Shown here piece after piece: positions 46,460 through 56,838 of a DNA stretch of 64,000 nucleotides (its first letter is position 1; the number at the start of each line of letters is the position of its first letter). Source of the stretch: Culturomica sp. Lineage in GTDB: Bacteria > Bacteroidota > Bacteroidia > Bacteroidales > Marinifilaceae. The stretch spans positions 14,955 to 78,954 of the forward strand of contig JAISVB010000075.1 in NCBI GenBank assembly GCA_031271755.1. Reading direction: 5' to 3'. Made by a program: the position numbers and the translations under genes. The notes under the pieces were generated by a model. The model made no database searches. It was given only the letters and a program-made list of their open reading frames with translations, and was not told where the DNA came from.

Positions 46460-47689
46460 TTATCCGTCAATCCGGTATTCTTTCAGTTTGCGATAGAGTG
46501 TGCGTTCGGAAATGCCCAGGTCCCGGGCGGCTAATTTGCGTTTTCCGTGGTTTTTTTCCAATGCTTTGATGATGAGTTCCCGCTCTTTTTCTTCGATGGC
46601 TAACGACTCTTCTATCACGGGTTCTGCGTCTTCGATCTGTTCCCGGGCGTGTGAAAATGCGTGCGCAGGCCTGTTGGGGTGGAATTCTGCGGCCGGTTCT
46701 TCGAACTGTTTCCGCAGGACGATGGAGGTGGGAGCGGGAGGTGTTGTTTCTGCCTGCTGCTCTTTTTCCGCGATGTCGTATACCAACTGTTTCAGGTCGT
46801 TCATGTCTTTTTTCATGTCGAACAGGATCTTGTAGAGGATCTCCCGCTCCGAGGCGTAGGTGTGTTCGGAGGGGTCGCTGCTCCCGGCCAATGCGGGCAA
46901 CCGGCTCTCGACCGGTATGTATTTTTTCAGCGTGTCGCCGTCTACCACTCTTTCCTGTTCGATGACAGAGATCTGTTCTGCGATGTTTTTCAGTTGGCGG
47001 ATGTTTCCCGGCCAGCGGTATGTTTCTAAGAGGGCGATTGCATCGGGAGTCAGCCTGACGACCGGCATGCGGTATTTTTCCGCACAGTCGGCGGCGAATT
47101 TCCGGAACAGCAACGGGATGTCTTCCCGGCGGTTGCGCAGGGGGGGGACGGTGATGGGGATGGAGTTGAGGCGGTAGTAGAGGTCTTCCCGGAATTTCCC
47201 GTTTTTGACTGCCAGCGGGATGTCCAGGTTGGTGGCGGCGATGACCCGCACGTTGGTTTTTTGTACTTTGGACGATCCGACCCGGATAAATTCTCCCGAT
47301 TCCAGGATGCGGAGCAGCCGGGATTGGGTCGCCAGCGGCAGTTCGCCTACTTCGTCTAAGAAGATGGTGCCTCCGTCTGTTCCTTCGAAGTATCCTTTCC
47401 GGTCGGCGAGCGCTCCGGTGAATGCTCCTTTTTCGTGCCCGAACAGTTCGGAGTCGATGGTTCCTTCGGGAATGGCTCCGCAGTTTACGGCGATGTACGG
47501 GGCGTGTTTCCGGGTGCTGTATGCGTGGATGACCCGCGGGAAGAACTCTTTGCCCACGCCGCTTTCTCCGGTGATCAGTACCGAGAGGTCGGTCGGCGCT
47601 ACCTGCCGCGCTACGTCCAATGCCCTGTTTAACAGTTCGTTGTTGCCGATGATCTCGAATCGCTGTTTGATGGCCTGTATTTCGTCCAT
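46460..47689 (-). CDS. Sigma-54-dependent transcriptional activator (bEBP) with only AAA+ and Fis-type HTH domains and no sensory domain
   Basis: Walker A is GESGVGKE. The GAFTGA loop is present (HEKGAFTGALADRKG). Also present are an R-finger region and the C-terminal HTH ARDLGISERTLYRKLKEY. ATG 47689 was chosen because the -7 box at 47707 lies inside the longer ORF. Confidence 0.9.
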   Translation of the reverse strand: MDEIQAIKQRFEIIGNNELLNRALDVARQVAPTDLSVLITGESGVGKEFFPRVIHAYSTRKHAPYIAVNCGAIPEGTIDSELFGHEKGAFTGALADRKGYFEGTDGGTIFLDEVGELPLATQSRLLRILESGEFIRVGSSKVQKTNVRVIAATNLDIPLAVKNGKFREDLYYRLNSIPITVPPLRNRREDIPLLFRKFAADCAEKYRMPVVRLTPDAIALLETYRWPGNIRQLKNIAEQISVIEQERVVDGDTLKKYIPVESRLPALAGSSDPSEHTYASEREILYKILFDMKKDMNDLKQLVYDIAEKEQQAETTPPAPTSIVLRKQFEEPAAEFHPNRPAHAFSHAREQIEDAEPVIEESLAIEEKERELIIKALEKNHGKRKLAARDLGISERTLYRKLKEYRIDG

Positions 47690-47706
47690 AAGTTGTCGTA
47701 AAAGCG

Positions 47707-47714
47707 CAAAAATA
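47707..47714 (-). promoter_or_regulatory. Candidate -7 box (TATTTTTG) for the activator-lptE-TPR-secG operon
   Basis: The minus strand reads GGTTATTTTTGCGCTTT, 17 nt upstream of ATG 47689. Confidence 0.4.
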
Positions 47715-47723
47715 ACCGTTTTT

Positions 47724-47759
47724 CCTGACAAAATAGCAGTCTCTTTCTGAATTGTCAGG
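47724..47759. promoter_or_regulatory. Inverted repeat CCTGACAA-N20-TTGTCAGG overlapping the -33 region of the activator promoter (possible operator)
   Basis: The 8-bp perfect arms were read directly. The function is inferred from position only. Confidence 0.25.
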
Positions 47760-47891
47760 GTAAATGTGCAAATTTTTCTCTTTTTTTGTTATTGCTTTGT
47801 TGCAATCATATGTGCTTGGAGAAGAAAAGGAATATTTATGCGTTTGTTTTGGGTTTTAATCCGTATTGATTGCGGATGGAAACTCGAACAT

Positions 47892-47932
47892 GGTACGACG
47901 ATGGTACGACCGAGGTACGACGGAGGTGCGGG
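47892..47932. repeat. Tandem repeat with exact 11-bp period: GGTACGAC x3 plus a degenerate fourth unit (GGTGCGG)
   Basis: GGTACGAC occurs at 47892, 47903 and 47914, and GGTGCGG at 47925. The repeat lies in the 466-nt non-coding spacer between the activator operon and rpsL. Confidence 0.85.
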
Positions 47933-48080
47933 GCGGATTTTGGTGTAAAATTATGCAATTTTATGAGATCGCTGGCATTTTTAGCAGGGGGAAGAAGGGG
48001 AGGAGATTTTGTTTTTGCGGGGGTGGGGATCGCAACCGCTTGAGAATCTTTATGGTTTTTGTGAAAAAAGAAATAATTGT

Positions 48081-48112
48081 TTTGGCAGTTCTAAAAAAGG
48101 TTCCTATATTTG
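48081..48112 (+). promoter_or_regulatory. Candidate Bacteroidota promoter of the rpsL-rpsG-fusA-S10 cluster (-33 TTTG, 20-nt spacer, -7 TATATTTG)
   Basis: TTTG lies at 48081-48084 and TATATTTG at 48105-48112, followed by CGCTCC. The element is 44 nt upstream of the rpsL ATG. Confidence 0.5.
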
Positions 48113-48155
48113 CGCTCCATTTTGGATAAATGTGTATGGATTAAAAACTATTGTA

Positions 48156-48560
48156 ATGCCTACGATTCAACAGTTAGTAAGAAAAGGAAGAACGAAGATC
48201 GCTGACAAGAGCAAGGCTCCGGCTTTGGATTCCTGTCCGCAAAAACGGGGGGTTTGTGTACGTGTTTATACGACGACTCCGAAGAAGCCGAATTCGGCCA
48301 TGAGAAAAGTGGCGAGGGTAAGGCTGACAAACGGGAAAGAGGTGAATGCCTACATTCCGGGCGAAGGTCACAACCTGCAGGAGCACTCTATTGTGATGAT
48401 CCGCGGAGGCCGTGTGAAAGACCTGCCCGGCGTGCGTTACCATTTGGTGCGCGGAACCTTGGATGCCGCCGGTGTGGCGGATCGGAAACAGGGCCGTTCC
48501 AAGTATGGTACGAAAAGGCCGAAGCCCGGCGCCGCCCCGGCTGCAAAGGGGAAAAAGTAA
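48156..48560 (+). CDS. rpsL: 30S ribosomal protein S12
   Basis: [12 protein letters not shown]...[15 protein letters not shown] is canonical S12. The ORF-track start at 48009 adds 49 non-homologous residues. Confidence 0.97.
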   Translation: MPTIQQLVRKGRTKIADKSKAPALDSCPQKRGVCVRVYTTTPKKPNSAMRKVARVRLTNGKEVNAYIPGEGHNLQEHSIVMIRGGRVKDLPGVRYHLVRGTLDAAGVADRKQGRSKYGTKRPKPGAAPAAKGKK

Positions 48561-48669
48561 TTAACCGGAATTGTGTTTATGAAGCGTTCCCCGCATGTTG
48601 AGTAAATGGTTGCAAAACCGCTGAAGACCTAAAGGGCAGCTGATCGAACAGATTCGTAAACAAAGAAAA

Positions 48670-49149
48670 ATGAGAAAATCAAAACCGAAAAAGAGGATCC
48701 TGTTGCCGGATCCCAAGTTTAATGATGTATTGGTGACACGGTTTGTGAACGACCTGATGGTGGATGGAAAGAAGACCATTGCGTTCGCTATTTTCTACGA
48801 TGCGCTGGATATCGTGGATGAAAAAATGGCCCAGAAAGAGGGAAAGAGTTCGTTGGATATCTGGAAACAGGCATTGGACAACATTACTCCCAATGTGGAA
48901 GTAAAGAGTCGTCGTGTAGGCGGTGCTACGTTTCAGGTGCCGATGGAGATCAGTCCCAACCGGAAGCGGGCTATTTCTGTTAAAAATATGATTTTGTATT
49001 CCCGCAAACGGAGCGGGCGCAATATGGCTGAAAAGCTGGCTGCCGAAATTATGGCTGCCTATAAGGAAGAGGGTGCGGCTTTCAAAAAGAAAGAGGATAC
49101 GCACCGCATGGCGGAGGCCAACCGGGCTTTTGCTCATTTCAGATTTTAA
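48670..49149 (+). CDS. rpsG: 30S ribosomal protein S7
   Basis: [32 protein letters not shown] is canonical S7. Confidence 0.97.
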   Translation: MRKSKPKKRILLPDPKFNDVLVTRFVNDLMVDGKKTIAFAIFYDALDIVDEKMAQKEGKSSLDIWKQALDNITPNVEVKSRRVGGATFQVPMEISPNRKRAISVKNMILYSRKRSGRNMAEKLAAEIMAAYKEEGAAFKKKEDTHRMAEANRAFAHFRF

Positions 49150-49170
49150 TAGAGGAAGGGTTGAGATAAT

Positions 49171-51276
49171 ATGGCAAAGAGAGATTTACATTTTACGCGG
49201 AATATCGGCATCATGGCTCATATTGACGCCGGTAAGACGACTACTACCGAGCGTATTCTGTTTTTTACGGGTGTATCGCACAAAATCGGTGAGACGCACG
49301 ACGGGACTGCGACTATGGACTGGATGGTGCAGGAGCAGGAGCGTGGGATCACCATTACGTCTGCTGCGACGACCTGTTTCTGGAAGTACCGGGATCAGGA
49401 GTATAAGATCAATATTATCGATACTCCCGGGCACGTTGACTTTACTGTAGAGGTGGAGCGTTCGCTGCGGGTACTGGATGGAGCGGTTGCCCTGTTCTGT
49501 GCGGTGGGCGGCGTGGAAGCGCAATCGGAAACTGTGTGGCGTCAGGCCAACAAGTACGGTGTGCCCCGGATTGCTTTTGTGAACAAGATGGACCGTTCCG
49601 GCGCGGATTTTTTCAAGGCGGTGCGCGAGATCAAGGAAAAACTGAGCGCGAACCCGCTTCCGCTGGTGCTTCCGATCGGAGCCGAAGAGAACTTCCGGGG
49701 AATTATCGACCTGGTGGAGATGAAGGCATATGTGTGGGAGAGCGGTTCCATGGAGGCGACCGTACAGGAAATTCCCGCCGAATTGATGGCCGAAGCCCAG
49801 GAGTGGAGGGAGAAGTTGGTGGAAACGGCTGCCGTGCAGGACGAGGCGTTGATGGAACGTTTCTTTGAAGATCCGGATTCTATTACTGCCGACGAATTGA
49901 GGGCGGTGGTGCGGAAATCTGTGATCGCGATGGATTTCTGTCCGGTGATGTGCGGTTCTTCTTTTAAGAATAAAGGGGTGCAAAATCTGTTGGATGCTGT
50001 GATCGCTTACCTGCCGGATCCGCTGGATATTCCGAACAGCAAAGGCACCAATCCCAATACGGGAGCGGAGATGGAATTCCCGGTAGACCCGGATGCTCCG
50101 CTTTCCGCCCTGGCGTTTAAGATCGCTACCGACCCGTTTGTGGGCCGTCTGTGTTATACCCGTATTTATTCGGGTAGGATCGAAGCCGGTTCTTATGTAT
50201 ATAATCCGCGTACCGATAAGAAGGAGCGTATTTCCCGCCTTTTCCAGATGCATTCTAATAAGCAACAGCCGAAAGAGGTGCTGGAAGCCGGGGATATTTG
50301 CGCCTGTGTGGGTTTTAAAGATATCCGTACCGGGGATACCCTCTGTTCGGAAGATAAACCGATCGTGCTGGAAAGCATGACTTTCCCGGAACCGGTGATC
50401 GGTATCGCCGTGGAGCCGCTGACGCAGAAGGATACGGACAAGTTGGGCATGGCGTTGGCCAAATTGGCGGAAGAGGATCCGACTTTCCGCGTGAAAACGG
50501 ACGAGGATTCCGGCCAGACTGTGATCAGCGGGATGGGTGAACTTCACCTGGATATTATTCTGGACCGCCTGAAACGCGAGTTCAAGGTGGAGTGTAATCA
50601 GGGCGCTCCGCAGGTGGCTTACAAGGAAGCGATCACCCAGGCTTTTGAGCACCGTCATGTGTTTAAGAAACAGTCCGGCGGCCGCGGTAAGTTTGCCGAT
50701 ATTATTTTCCGCATGGAACCTGCCGAAGAGGGCAAGGAGGGGTTGACTTTTGTGAACGAAGTGAAGGGCGGGAATATCCCGAAAGAGTTTATCCCCTCTG
50801 TGGAAAAGGGCTTTAAGGAAGCTATGAATAATGGTGTGTTGGCGGGTTATCCGCTGGAGAGTTTGAAGATCACCCTGATCGACGGTTCTTTCCACCCGGT
50901 GGACTCCGATTCGCTGTCTTTTGAAATGGCTGCGAAGATCGGGTACAAAGAGGCTGCGCAAAAGGCAAAACCTGTGCTGCTTGAGCCGATCATGAAGCTG
51001 GAGGTGGTGACCCCGGAAGAGTATATGGGGGATATCATCGGCGACCTGAACCGCCGCCGCGGGCAGATGGAGGGTACGGAAGCCCGTATCGGAGCTACGG
51101 TGATCAATGCGATGGTGCCGCTTTCCGAACAGTTCGGGTATGTGACGGTGTTGAGAACGCTCTCTTCCGGCCGCGCCAGTTCTTCGATGGAGTTTGACCA
51201 CTATGCGGAGGTTCCGAAGCAGATCGCCAAAGAGGTGGTGGAGAAAAACAACGGGAGAGCAGAACTTATTTCATAA
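49171..51276 (+). CDS. fusA: Elongation factor G
   Basis: [20 protein letters not shown] and DTPGHVDF are GTPase motifs. Size is 701 aa. Confidence 0.98.
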   Translation: MAKRDLHFTRNIGIMAHIDAGKTTTTERILFFTGVSHKIGETHDGTATMDWMVQEQERGITITSAATTCFWKYRDQEYKINIIDTPGHVDFTVEVERSLRVLDGAVALFCAVGGVEAQSETVWRQANKYGVPRIAFVNKMDRSGADFFKAVREIKEKLSANPLPLVLPIGAEENFRGIIDLVEMKAYVWESGSMEATVQEIPAELMAEAQEWREKLVETAAVQDEALMERFFEDPDSITADELRAVVRKSVIAMDFCPVMCGSSFKNKGVQNLLDAVIAYLPDPLDIPNSKGTNPNTGAEMEFPVDPDAPLSALAFKIATDPFVGRLCYTRIYSGRIEAGSYVYNPRTDKKERISRLFQMHSNKQQPKEVLEAGDICACVGFKDIRTGDTLCSEDKPIVLESMTFPEPVIGIAVEPLTQKDTDKLGMALAKLAEEDPTFRVKTDEDSGQTVISGMGELHLDIILDRLKREFKVECNQGAPQVAYKEAITQAFEHRHVFKKQSGGRGKFADIIFRMEPAEEGKEGLTFVNEVKGGNIPKEFIPSVEKGFKEAMNNGVLAGYPLESLKITLIDGSFHPVDSDSLSFEMAAKIGYKEAAQKAKPVLLEPIMKLEVVTPEEYMGDIIGDLNRRRGQMEGTEARIGATVINAMVPLSEQFGYVTVLRTLSSGRASSSMEFDHYAEVPKQIAKEVVEKNNGRAELIS

Positions 51277-51293
51277 ATCGACAAATAAAAACA

Positions 51294-51599
51294 ATGAGCC
51301 AAAAAATCAGAATTAAGTTGAAATCTTACGATCACAACTTGGTGGACAAATCGGCAGAAAAGATTGTAAAAACGGTAAAAGCTACCGGAGCTGTGGTAAG
51401 CGGGCCTATTCCGCTTCCGACGCACAAGGGGGTATTTACGGTGAACCGCTCGACTTTCGTTAACAAGAAGAGCCGGGAACAATTCTTATTGTGCACGTTT
51501 AAACGGCTGATCGACATCTACAGTTCCACGGCAGGAACGATCGATGCGTTGATGAAGCTGGAGTTGCCGAGCGGTGTGGAAGTGGAGATTAAGGTGTGA
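51294..51599 (+). CDS. rpsJ: 30S ribosomal protein S10
   Basis: [25 protein letters not shown]...GPIPLPT is canonical S10. Confidence 0.97.
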   Translation: MSQKIRIKLKSYDHNLVDKSAEKIVKTVKATGAVVSGPIPLPTHKGVFTVNRSTFVNKKSREQFLLCTFKRLIDIYSSTAGTIDALMKLELPSGVEVEIKV

Positions 51600-51662
51600 T
51601 AACGGCGAAGACCTTATGTCGTTATTAAAGAGAGAAAAACCTATTTAAAAAGAAAAAGAAAA

Positions 51663-52280
51663 ATGCCAGGTTTAATTGGAAAAAAAGTCGGAATGACTTC
51701 CGTATTCAGTGCCGAGGGGAAAAGTATCCCATGCACTGTGATTGAGTGCGGTCCATGTGTCGTAACCCAGGTTAAAACAATGGAAACCGATGGTTACGAA
51801 GCGCTTCAGTTGGGTTTTGATGAGAAAAAAGAGAAACACACAACGAAGCCGCTAAGTGGACACTTTAAGAAAGCAGGCACAACTCCGAAAAGGAAACTCG
51901 TCGAGTTTTCAGGATTTGAGACCGAGCACAAGTTGGGCGATCTGATCGATGTAACGCTGTTCGAGGGAACCGGGTTCGTCGATGTAGTAGGGACTTCCAA
52001 GGGAAAAGGGTTCCAGGGCGTTGTGAAACGCCACGGCTTTTCCGGAGTCGGCGAAGCAACGCACGGCCAGGACGACCGTCAGCGCGCACCGGGTTCTATC
52101 GGAGCCTGTTCTACACCTTCCCGGGTATTCAAAGGAATGAGAATGGCCGGAAGAACGGGGGGAGACAGGGTTACGGTTTCTAACCTGCAGGTGTTGAAAG
52201 TGATTCCTGAAAACAATTTGTTGCTGGTGAAGGGATCTGTTCCCGGAACGAAAGGTTCATATGTAATTATTGAGAAGTAA
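51663..52280 (+). CDS. rplC: 50S ribosomal protein L3
   Basis: [14 protein letters not shown]...[13 protein letters not shown] is canonical L3. Confidence 0.97.
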   Translation: MPGLIGKKVGMTSVFSAEGKSIPCTVIECGPCVVTQVKTMETDGYEALQLGFDEKKEKHTTKPLSGHFKKAGTTPKRKLVEFSGFETEHKLGDLIDVTLFEGTGFVDVVGTSKGKGFQGVVKRHGFSGVGEATHGQDDRQRAPGSIGACSTPSRVFKGMRMAGRTGGDRVTVSNLQVLKVIPENNLLLVKGSVPGTKGSYVIIEK

Positions 52281-52909
52281 TGGAGTTAAGTGTATTAAAC
52301 ATTGCCGGGAAGGAAACTGGCAGAAAGGTAGAGTTGAGTGACGCTATCTTTGGGATCCAGCCTAACGAACACGCCATCTATCTCGATGTAAAGCAGTTCT
52401 TAGCCAATCAAAGGCAGGGAACGCACAAGTCGAAGCAGAGGAACGAGGTGTCGGGTAGTACGAAAAAGCTAAAAAAACAGAAAGGGACCGGGGGAGCGCG
52501 TGCAGGCAGTATCAAGAACCCGCTTTTCAGAGGAGGGGGCCGGATATTCGGGCCGGTGCCGAGAGATTATAGCTTCAAGCTGAACAAGAAACTGAAAAGA
52601 TTGGCCCGTAAGTCGGCGTTGGCTGTGAAAGCAGGCGCGAATGCCGTAACTGTGGTGGAAGATTTCAATTTTGAAGCTCCGAAGACCAAGCAGTTTGTGG
52701 AGTTGGTGAAAAATCTGAAATTGAATGGAAAATTGTTGCTGGTGATGAGCGATGTGAATGAGAATGTGGTGTTATCGGCGCGCAATTTACAGGATGTACA
52801 GGTGATGCGGGTGAATGACCTGGCTACTTACAACATCATGAGGGCCAGGAATCTGGTGCTGGTGGAGAGTTCCATACAGGGGCTGAATGAGATGTTCAAT
52901 CTTAACTAA
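52280..52909 (+). CDS. rplD: 50S ribosomal protein L4
   Basis: ...[34 protein letters not shown]... is the L4 signature. The start overlaps the rplC stop. Confidence 0.96.
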   Translation: MELSVLNIAGKETGRKVELSDAIFGIQPNEHAIYLDVKQFLANQRQGTHKSKQRNEVSGSTKKLKKQKGTGGARAGSIKNPLFRGGGRIFGPVPRDYSFKLNKKLKRLARKSALAVKAGANAVTVVEDFNFEAPKTKQFVELVKNLKLNGKLLLVMSDVNENVVLSARNLQDVQVMRVNDLATYNIMRARNLVLVESSIQGLNEMFNLN

Positions 52910-52921
52910 TTTGCAGAAGAG

Positions 52922-53212
52922 ATGGAAATAGTATTGAAACCTGTATTGACGGAGAAGATGTCAGCGCAGACCGACAAGCTGAACAAAGTGGCGTTTGTCG
53001 TATCGAAAGATGTGAATAAGATTGAGATAAAAAAAGCAGTTGAAGAGATGTATGGAGTGAAGGTAACGGATGTGAATACGCAGCGTTATCAGGGCACCGC
53101 GAAATCCCGCTATACAAAATCGGGCGTGATCACCGGCAGAACCGCCTCCTTCAAAAAGGCAATTGTAACCTTGGCAAAAGGTGATAGTATTGATTTTTTT
53201 AGCAATATTTAA
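52922..53212 (+). CDS. rplW: 50S ribosomal protein L23
   Basis: The 96-aa protein ...LKPVLTEK......V.F.V...[19 protein letters not shown] is L23. Confidence 0.95.
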   Translation: MEIVLKPVLTEKMSAQTDKLNKVAFVVSKDVNKIEIKKAVEEMYGVKVTDVNTQRYQGTAKSRYTKSGVITGRTASFKKAIVTLAKGDSIDFFSNI

Positions 53213-53217
53213 GTAAG

Positions 53218-54042
53218 ATGGCTGTAAGAAAATTAAATCCTGTAACTCCTGGGCAAAGACATAAGATTGTCAATACCTTTGACCAGATAACTACGGATAA
53301 ACCTGAGAAATCATTGTTAAGACCCGCAAAGAAAACCGGCGGCCGTAACCATTCCGGTAAGATGACAATGAGGTATATAGGTGGTGGTCACAAGCAGAAA
53401 TACAGGCTGGTGGACTTCAAGCGGAACAAAGACAATATTCCTGCAAGAGTCGCTTCTGTGGAGTACGATCCGAACAGAACCGCCCATATTGCTCTGCTGG
53501 TATATGCAGACGGAGAAAAGCGTTACATCATTGCTCCGGTGGGATTGACCACAGGGCAGACCGTGATGAGCGGTAAAGGTGTGGCTCCTGAAATTGGCAA
53601 CGCTCTTTTCTTATCTGAAATTCCATTAGGTACAATTGTACATAACATTGAACTGCGGCCCGGACAGGGTGCTGTGATGGCTCGCAGCGCCGGTTCTTAT
53701 GCCCAGTTGGTTGCAAGAGATGAGAGATATGCTTCTGTGAAGCTGCCTTCCGGCGAGATCCGGATGGTGCTGGTGACTTGTAAGGCTACGGTGGGCACTG
53801 TGTCCAATACGGACCATGCGCTGGAACGTTCCGGTAAGGCCGGCCGTTCCCGTTGGCTGGGGCGTCGCCCCCGTGTGAGAGGTGTGGTAATGAACCCGGT
53901 AGACCATCCGATGGGTGGTGGGGAAGGCCGCGCTTCCGGAGGTCATCCGAGATCACGTAAAGGCTTGTTGGCTAAGGGGTATAAGACCAGAGCCCCGAAG
54001 AAAGCTTCGAGCAGGTATATCGTTGAAAGAAGGAAGAAGTAA
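53218..54042 (+). CDS. rplB: 50S ribosomal protein L2
   Basis: [15 protein letters not shown]...[13 protein letters not shown] is canonical L2. Confidence 0.98.
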   Translation: MAVRKLNPVTPGQRHKIVNTFDQITTDKPEKSLLRPAKKTGGRNHSGKMTMRYIGGGHKQKYRLVDFKRNKDNIPARVASVEYDPNRTAHIALLVYADGEKRYIIAPVGLTTGQTVMSGKGVAPEIGNALFLSEIPLGTIVHNIELRPGQGAVMARSAGSYAQLVARDERYASVKLPSGEIRMVLVTCKATVGTVSNTDHALERSGKAGRSRWLGRRPRVRGVVMNPVDHPMGGGEGRASGGHPRSRKGLLAKGYKTRAPKKASSRYIVERRKK

Positions 54043-54064
54043 TAACCGATAAACGTTTAATGTT

Positions 54065-54328
54065 ATGAGTCGTTCGTTAAAAAAAGGCCCTTTTATAGAC
54101 GTAAAGTTGGAAAGAAAAGTGTTGGCGATGAATGAGACCAATAAGAAATCGGTTGTGAAAACCTGGGCTCGTCGTTCCATGATCTCTCCGGACTTTGTGG
54201 GCCATACTGTAGCTGTACATAACGGTAATAAGTTTATCCCGGTGTATGTGACCGAAAATATGGTCGGACACAAATTGGGAGAATTTGCGCCGACACGTAC
54301 CTTTAGAGGTCACGCCAAGAAAAAATAA
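54065..54328 (+). CDS. rpsS: 30S ribosomal protein S19
   Basis: [11 protein letters not shown]...[30 protein letters not shown] is canonical S19. Confidence 0.97.
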   Translation: MSRSLKKGPFIDVKLERKVLAMNETNKKSVVKTWARRSMISPDFVGHTVAVHNGNKFIPVYVTENMVGHKLGEFAPTRTFRGHAKKK

Positions 54329-54364
54329 GCGTGACAAAGTTGAACCAATGAAGATTGTATTAAA

Positions 54365-54784
54365 ATGGGTGCAAGAAAAAGAATAAGAGCAAATCAGATA
54401 AAGGAGGCCAAAAAGGAGAAGGCGTTTGCCATCCTGCGCGGCTGTCCCTCGTCTCCTCAGAAAATGAGGTTGGTAGCAGACCTGGTACGTGGTAAAGATG
54501 TGAACCGGGCGTTGGATATACTGAAATTTTGTCCTCGTGAAGCAGCGCGTAAATTGGAGAAATTGTTGCTTTCCGCTATTGCAAACTGGAGTGCTAAAAA
54601 CGAAGGAAAGCGGATGGAGGATGCAGCGCTGATCGTGAAAGAGATCTTTGTGGATGGCGCCGGGATGCTGAAAAGGCTGCGGCCGGCTCCGCAAGGGCGG
54701 GGGCACCGGATCCGCAAGAGATCCAATCACGTGACTATTGTCTTGGGAAGCAAGACGGTTGTTGAAAATGTTGTAAAAGAGTAA
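54365..54784 (+). CDS. rplV: 50S ribosomal protein L22
   Basis: ...SPQKMRLVADLVRGK.V..AL.IL.F... is L22. Operon position supports the call. Confidence 0.95.
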   Translation: MGARKRIRANQIKEAKKEKAFAILRGCPSSPQKMRLVADLVRGKDVNRALDILKFCPREAARKLEKLLLSAIANWSAKNEGKRMEDAALIVKEIFVDGAGMLKRLRPAPQGRGHRIRKRSNHVTIVLGSKTVVENVVKE

Positions 54785-54787
54785 CAG

Positions 54788-55513
54788 ATGGGACAAAAAG
54801 TTAATCCAATAAGCAATAGGTTGGGAATCATCCGCGGATGGGATTCTAACTGGTTCGGAGGCAAAAAATACGGGGATAAATTGGTGGAGGATTATAAGAT
54901 CCGCGAATACCTGAATGCCCGTTTGGCCAAGGCCGGAATCGCAAAAATCGTGATCGAGAGAACGCTCAAGCTGATCACTATCACTATCAATACGGCGCGT
55001 CCCGGTATTATTATCGGAAAGGGCGGCCAGGAGGTGGACAAGTTGAAGGAAGAGCTGAAGAAGATTACCGATAAGGAGGTGCAGATCAATATTTTTGAGA
55101 TCAAGCGCCCCGAGTTGGACGCTGTGATCGTGGGCAGTAATATCGCCCGTCAGTTGGAAGGGCGCGTGGCATACCGCCGGGCTATTAAAATGGCTATCCA
55201 GTCAACTATGAGGATGGGCGCCGAAGGGGTTAAGATCCTGATCTCCGGCCGTCTCAATGGTGCGGAAATAGCGCGCGCCGAGATTTACAAGGAGGGCCGG
55301 ATCCCGTTGCATACTTTCCGGGCGGACATCGATTATGCGCATGCCGAAGCGTTGACGACGTATGGTTTGATCGGTATTAAGACCTGGATCTGTAAAGGGG
55401 AAGTGTACGGCAAACGCGAATTGGTGCCGAATTCGTTGCTGGCTCCCCGGGAAACGAGGGTGCCTGCCAACAGTGTTGCCGGCAAGAAAAATTTCAAAAA
55501 AAGAAAAAAGTAA
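54788..55513 (+). CDS. rpsC: 30S ribosomal protein S3
   Basis: [23 protein letters not shown] and the KH domain GIIIGKGG are canonical S3. Confidence 0.97.
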   Translation: MGQKVNPISNRLGIIRGWDSNWFGGKKYGDKLVEDYKIREYLNARLAKAGIAKIVIERTLKLITITINTARPGIIIGKGGQEVDKLKEELKKITDKEVQINIFEIKRPELDAVIVGSNIARQLEGRVAYRRAIKMAIQSTMRMGAEGVKILISGRLNGAEIARAEIYKEGRIPLHTFRADIDYAHAEALTTYGLIGIKTWICKGEVYGKRELVPNSLLAPRETRVPANSVAGKKNFKKRKK

Positions 55514-55520
55514 ATGAGTT

Positions 55521-55940
55521 ATGTTACAGCCAAAAAGGACTAAATACAGAAGAAGCCAGAAAGGGAGGATGAAAGGGAATGCCCAGAGAGGGCATGAGCT
55601 TGCATTCGGTTCTTTCGGAATCAAGGCGTTGGAATCCAAATGGATCGAGGGACGCCAGATCGAAGCCGCCCGTATTGCTGTTACCCGGTATATGCAACGT
55701 CAGGGCCAGATATGGATCCGTATATTTCCGGATAAACCGATCACGAAGAAGCCGGCGGAAGTGCGTATGGGTAAAGGGAAAGGTTCTCCCGAAGGGTTTG
55801 TGGCTCCGGTTACGCCGGGACGTATTCTTTTCGAAGCGGACGGGGTTCCGTATGCCGTAGCTAAGGAGGCGTTGCGCTTGGCCGCCCAGAAGTTGCCGAT
55901 TACGACGAAGTTTGTGGTTAGACGCGATTATGCCGAATAG
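55521..55940 (+). CDS. rplP: 50S ribosomal protein L16
   Basis: [21 protein letters not shown] is canonical L16. Confidence 0.97.
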   Translation: MLQPKRTKYRRSQKGRMKGNAQRGHELAFGSFGIKALESKWIEGRQIEAARIAVTRYMQRQGQIWIRIFPDKPITKKPAEVRMGKGKGSPEGFVAPVTPGRILFEADGVPYAVAKEALRLAAQKLPITTKFVVRRDYAE

Positions 55941-55984
55941 TCGTCCGGCTGTTGATTGTTGAACCGAATTAATTTGACGGAAAG

Positions 55985-56185
55985 ATGAAAAATTCAGAAG
56001 TGATAGAAATGACCACGGACGATCTGAAAGAGAGGGTAGTTGCAGAAAAAGCCGCTCTGAACAGGATGAAGATGAACCATACGGTAACTCCGCTTGAAAA
56101 TACGATGCAGATCCGGGAGAAGCGGAAGGATATTGCCCGTATGCTGACAGAGTTGCGTAAGCGAGAATTAACGGAAAAGAAGTAA
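55985..56185 (+). CDS. rpmC: 50S ribosomal protein L29
   Basis: Size is 66 aa and helical, with ...[17 protein letters not shown]... Operon position supports the call. Confidence 0.92.
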   Translation: MKNSEVIEMTTDDLKERVVAEKAALNRMKMNHTVTPLENTMQIREKRKDIARMLTELRKRELTEKK

Positions 56186-56189
56186 AGTC

Positions 56190-56444
56190 ATGGAAAGAAA
56201 TCTTAGAAAAGAGCGTATCGGCCTGGTGACGAGCAATAAGATGGAAAAGTCCATTACGGTTGCCGTTCAGTTCAAGGAAAAGCACCCCATTTACGGTAAA
56301 TTCGTAAATAAGACCAAAAAGTTCACGGCTCACGATGAAAAAAACGAGTGTAACATCGGAGATACCGTGAGGATCATGGAGACCCGTCCTTTGAGTAAGA
56401 TGAAGAGATGGAGATTAGTTGAAATCATTGAAAGAGCGAAATAA
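56190..56444 (+). CDS. rpsQ: 30S ribosomal protein S17
   Basis: ...RKERIG.V.SNKM.KSI.V.V.....HP.YGK......K..AHDE.N....GD.V.I.ETRPLSK.K.W.L is canonical S17. Confidence 0.95.
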   Translation: MERNLRKERIGLVTSNKMEKSITVAVQFKEKHPIYGKFVNKTKKFTAHDEKNECNIGDTVRIMETRPLSKMKRWRLVEIIERAK

Positions 56445-56446
56445 TC

Positions 56447-56812
56447 ATGATACAACAGGAAAGCAGATTAACAGTGGCAGATAACAGCGGGGCCAGAGAG
56501 GTGTTGTGTATCCGTGTACTGGGAGGAACCCGGAAAAGATACGCCCGCGTAGGCGATAAGATCGTTGTGACTGTAAAGAACGCCCTGCCCGGCGGTGAAA
56601 TGAAGAAAGGCACTGTAAGCAAAGCGGTTGTTGTGCGTACAGCCAAGGAGTACCGTCGTCCCGACGGCTCTTATATCCGTTTTGACGATAATGCCTGTGT
56701 GTTGTTGAACAATGCCGGCGAAATGAGAGGTACCCGTATCTTCGGGCCGGTAGCCCGCGAGGTTCGTGAAGGTTATACGAAAATTGTTTCGTTGGCGCCT
56801 GAAGTATTGTAA
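56447..56812 (+). CDS. rplN: 50S ribosomal protein L14
   Basis: [15 protein letters not shown]......RVLGG is canonical L14. Confidence 0.97.
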   Translation: MIQQESRLTVADNSGAREVLCIRVLGGTRKRYARVGDKIVVTVKNALPGGEMKKGTVSKAVVVRTAKEYRRPDGSYIRFDDNACVLLNNAGEMRGTRIFGPVAREVREGYTKIVSLAPEVL

Positions 56813-56838
56813 ATTGGCCTTTGATAAAAAACAGCAAG

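Noticed and set aside
46467-47771. 434-aa ORF on the same strand as the sigma-54 activator in another frame
   Set aside because: It is extremely Arg/Pro/Gly/His-rich nonsense. The alternative frame carries Walker A, GAFTGA and an HTH, so that frame is the real gene.
47987-48028. Potential G-quadruplex (G5, G4, G5, G4 runs) upstream of the rpsL promoter
   Set aside because: The central loop is 18 nt, which makes a stable intramolecular G4 unlikely. The G-richness is noted but nothing supports a function.
48009-48155. 49-aa N-terminal extension of S12 in the ORF track
   Set aside because: S12 universally starts MPTI.QL. The extension contains the promoter elements, and its composition is non-protein-like.
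49186-51201. 671-aa ORF antisense to fusA
   Set aside because: It lies entirely within the EF-G gene on the opposite strand. The product is Arg/His/Leu-rich with no motifs. EF-G is certain, so this is an antisense-frame artefact.
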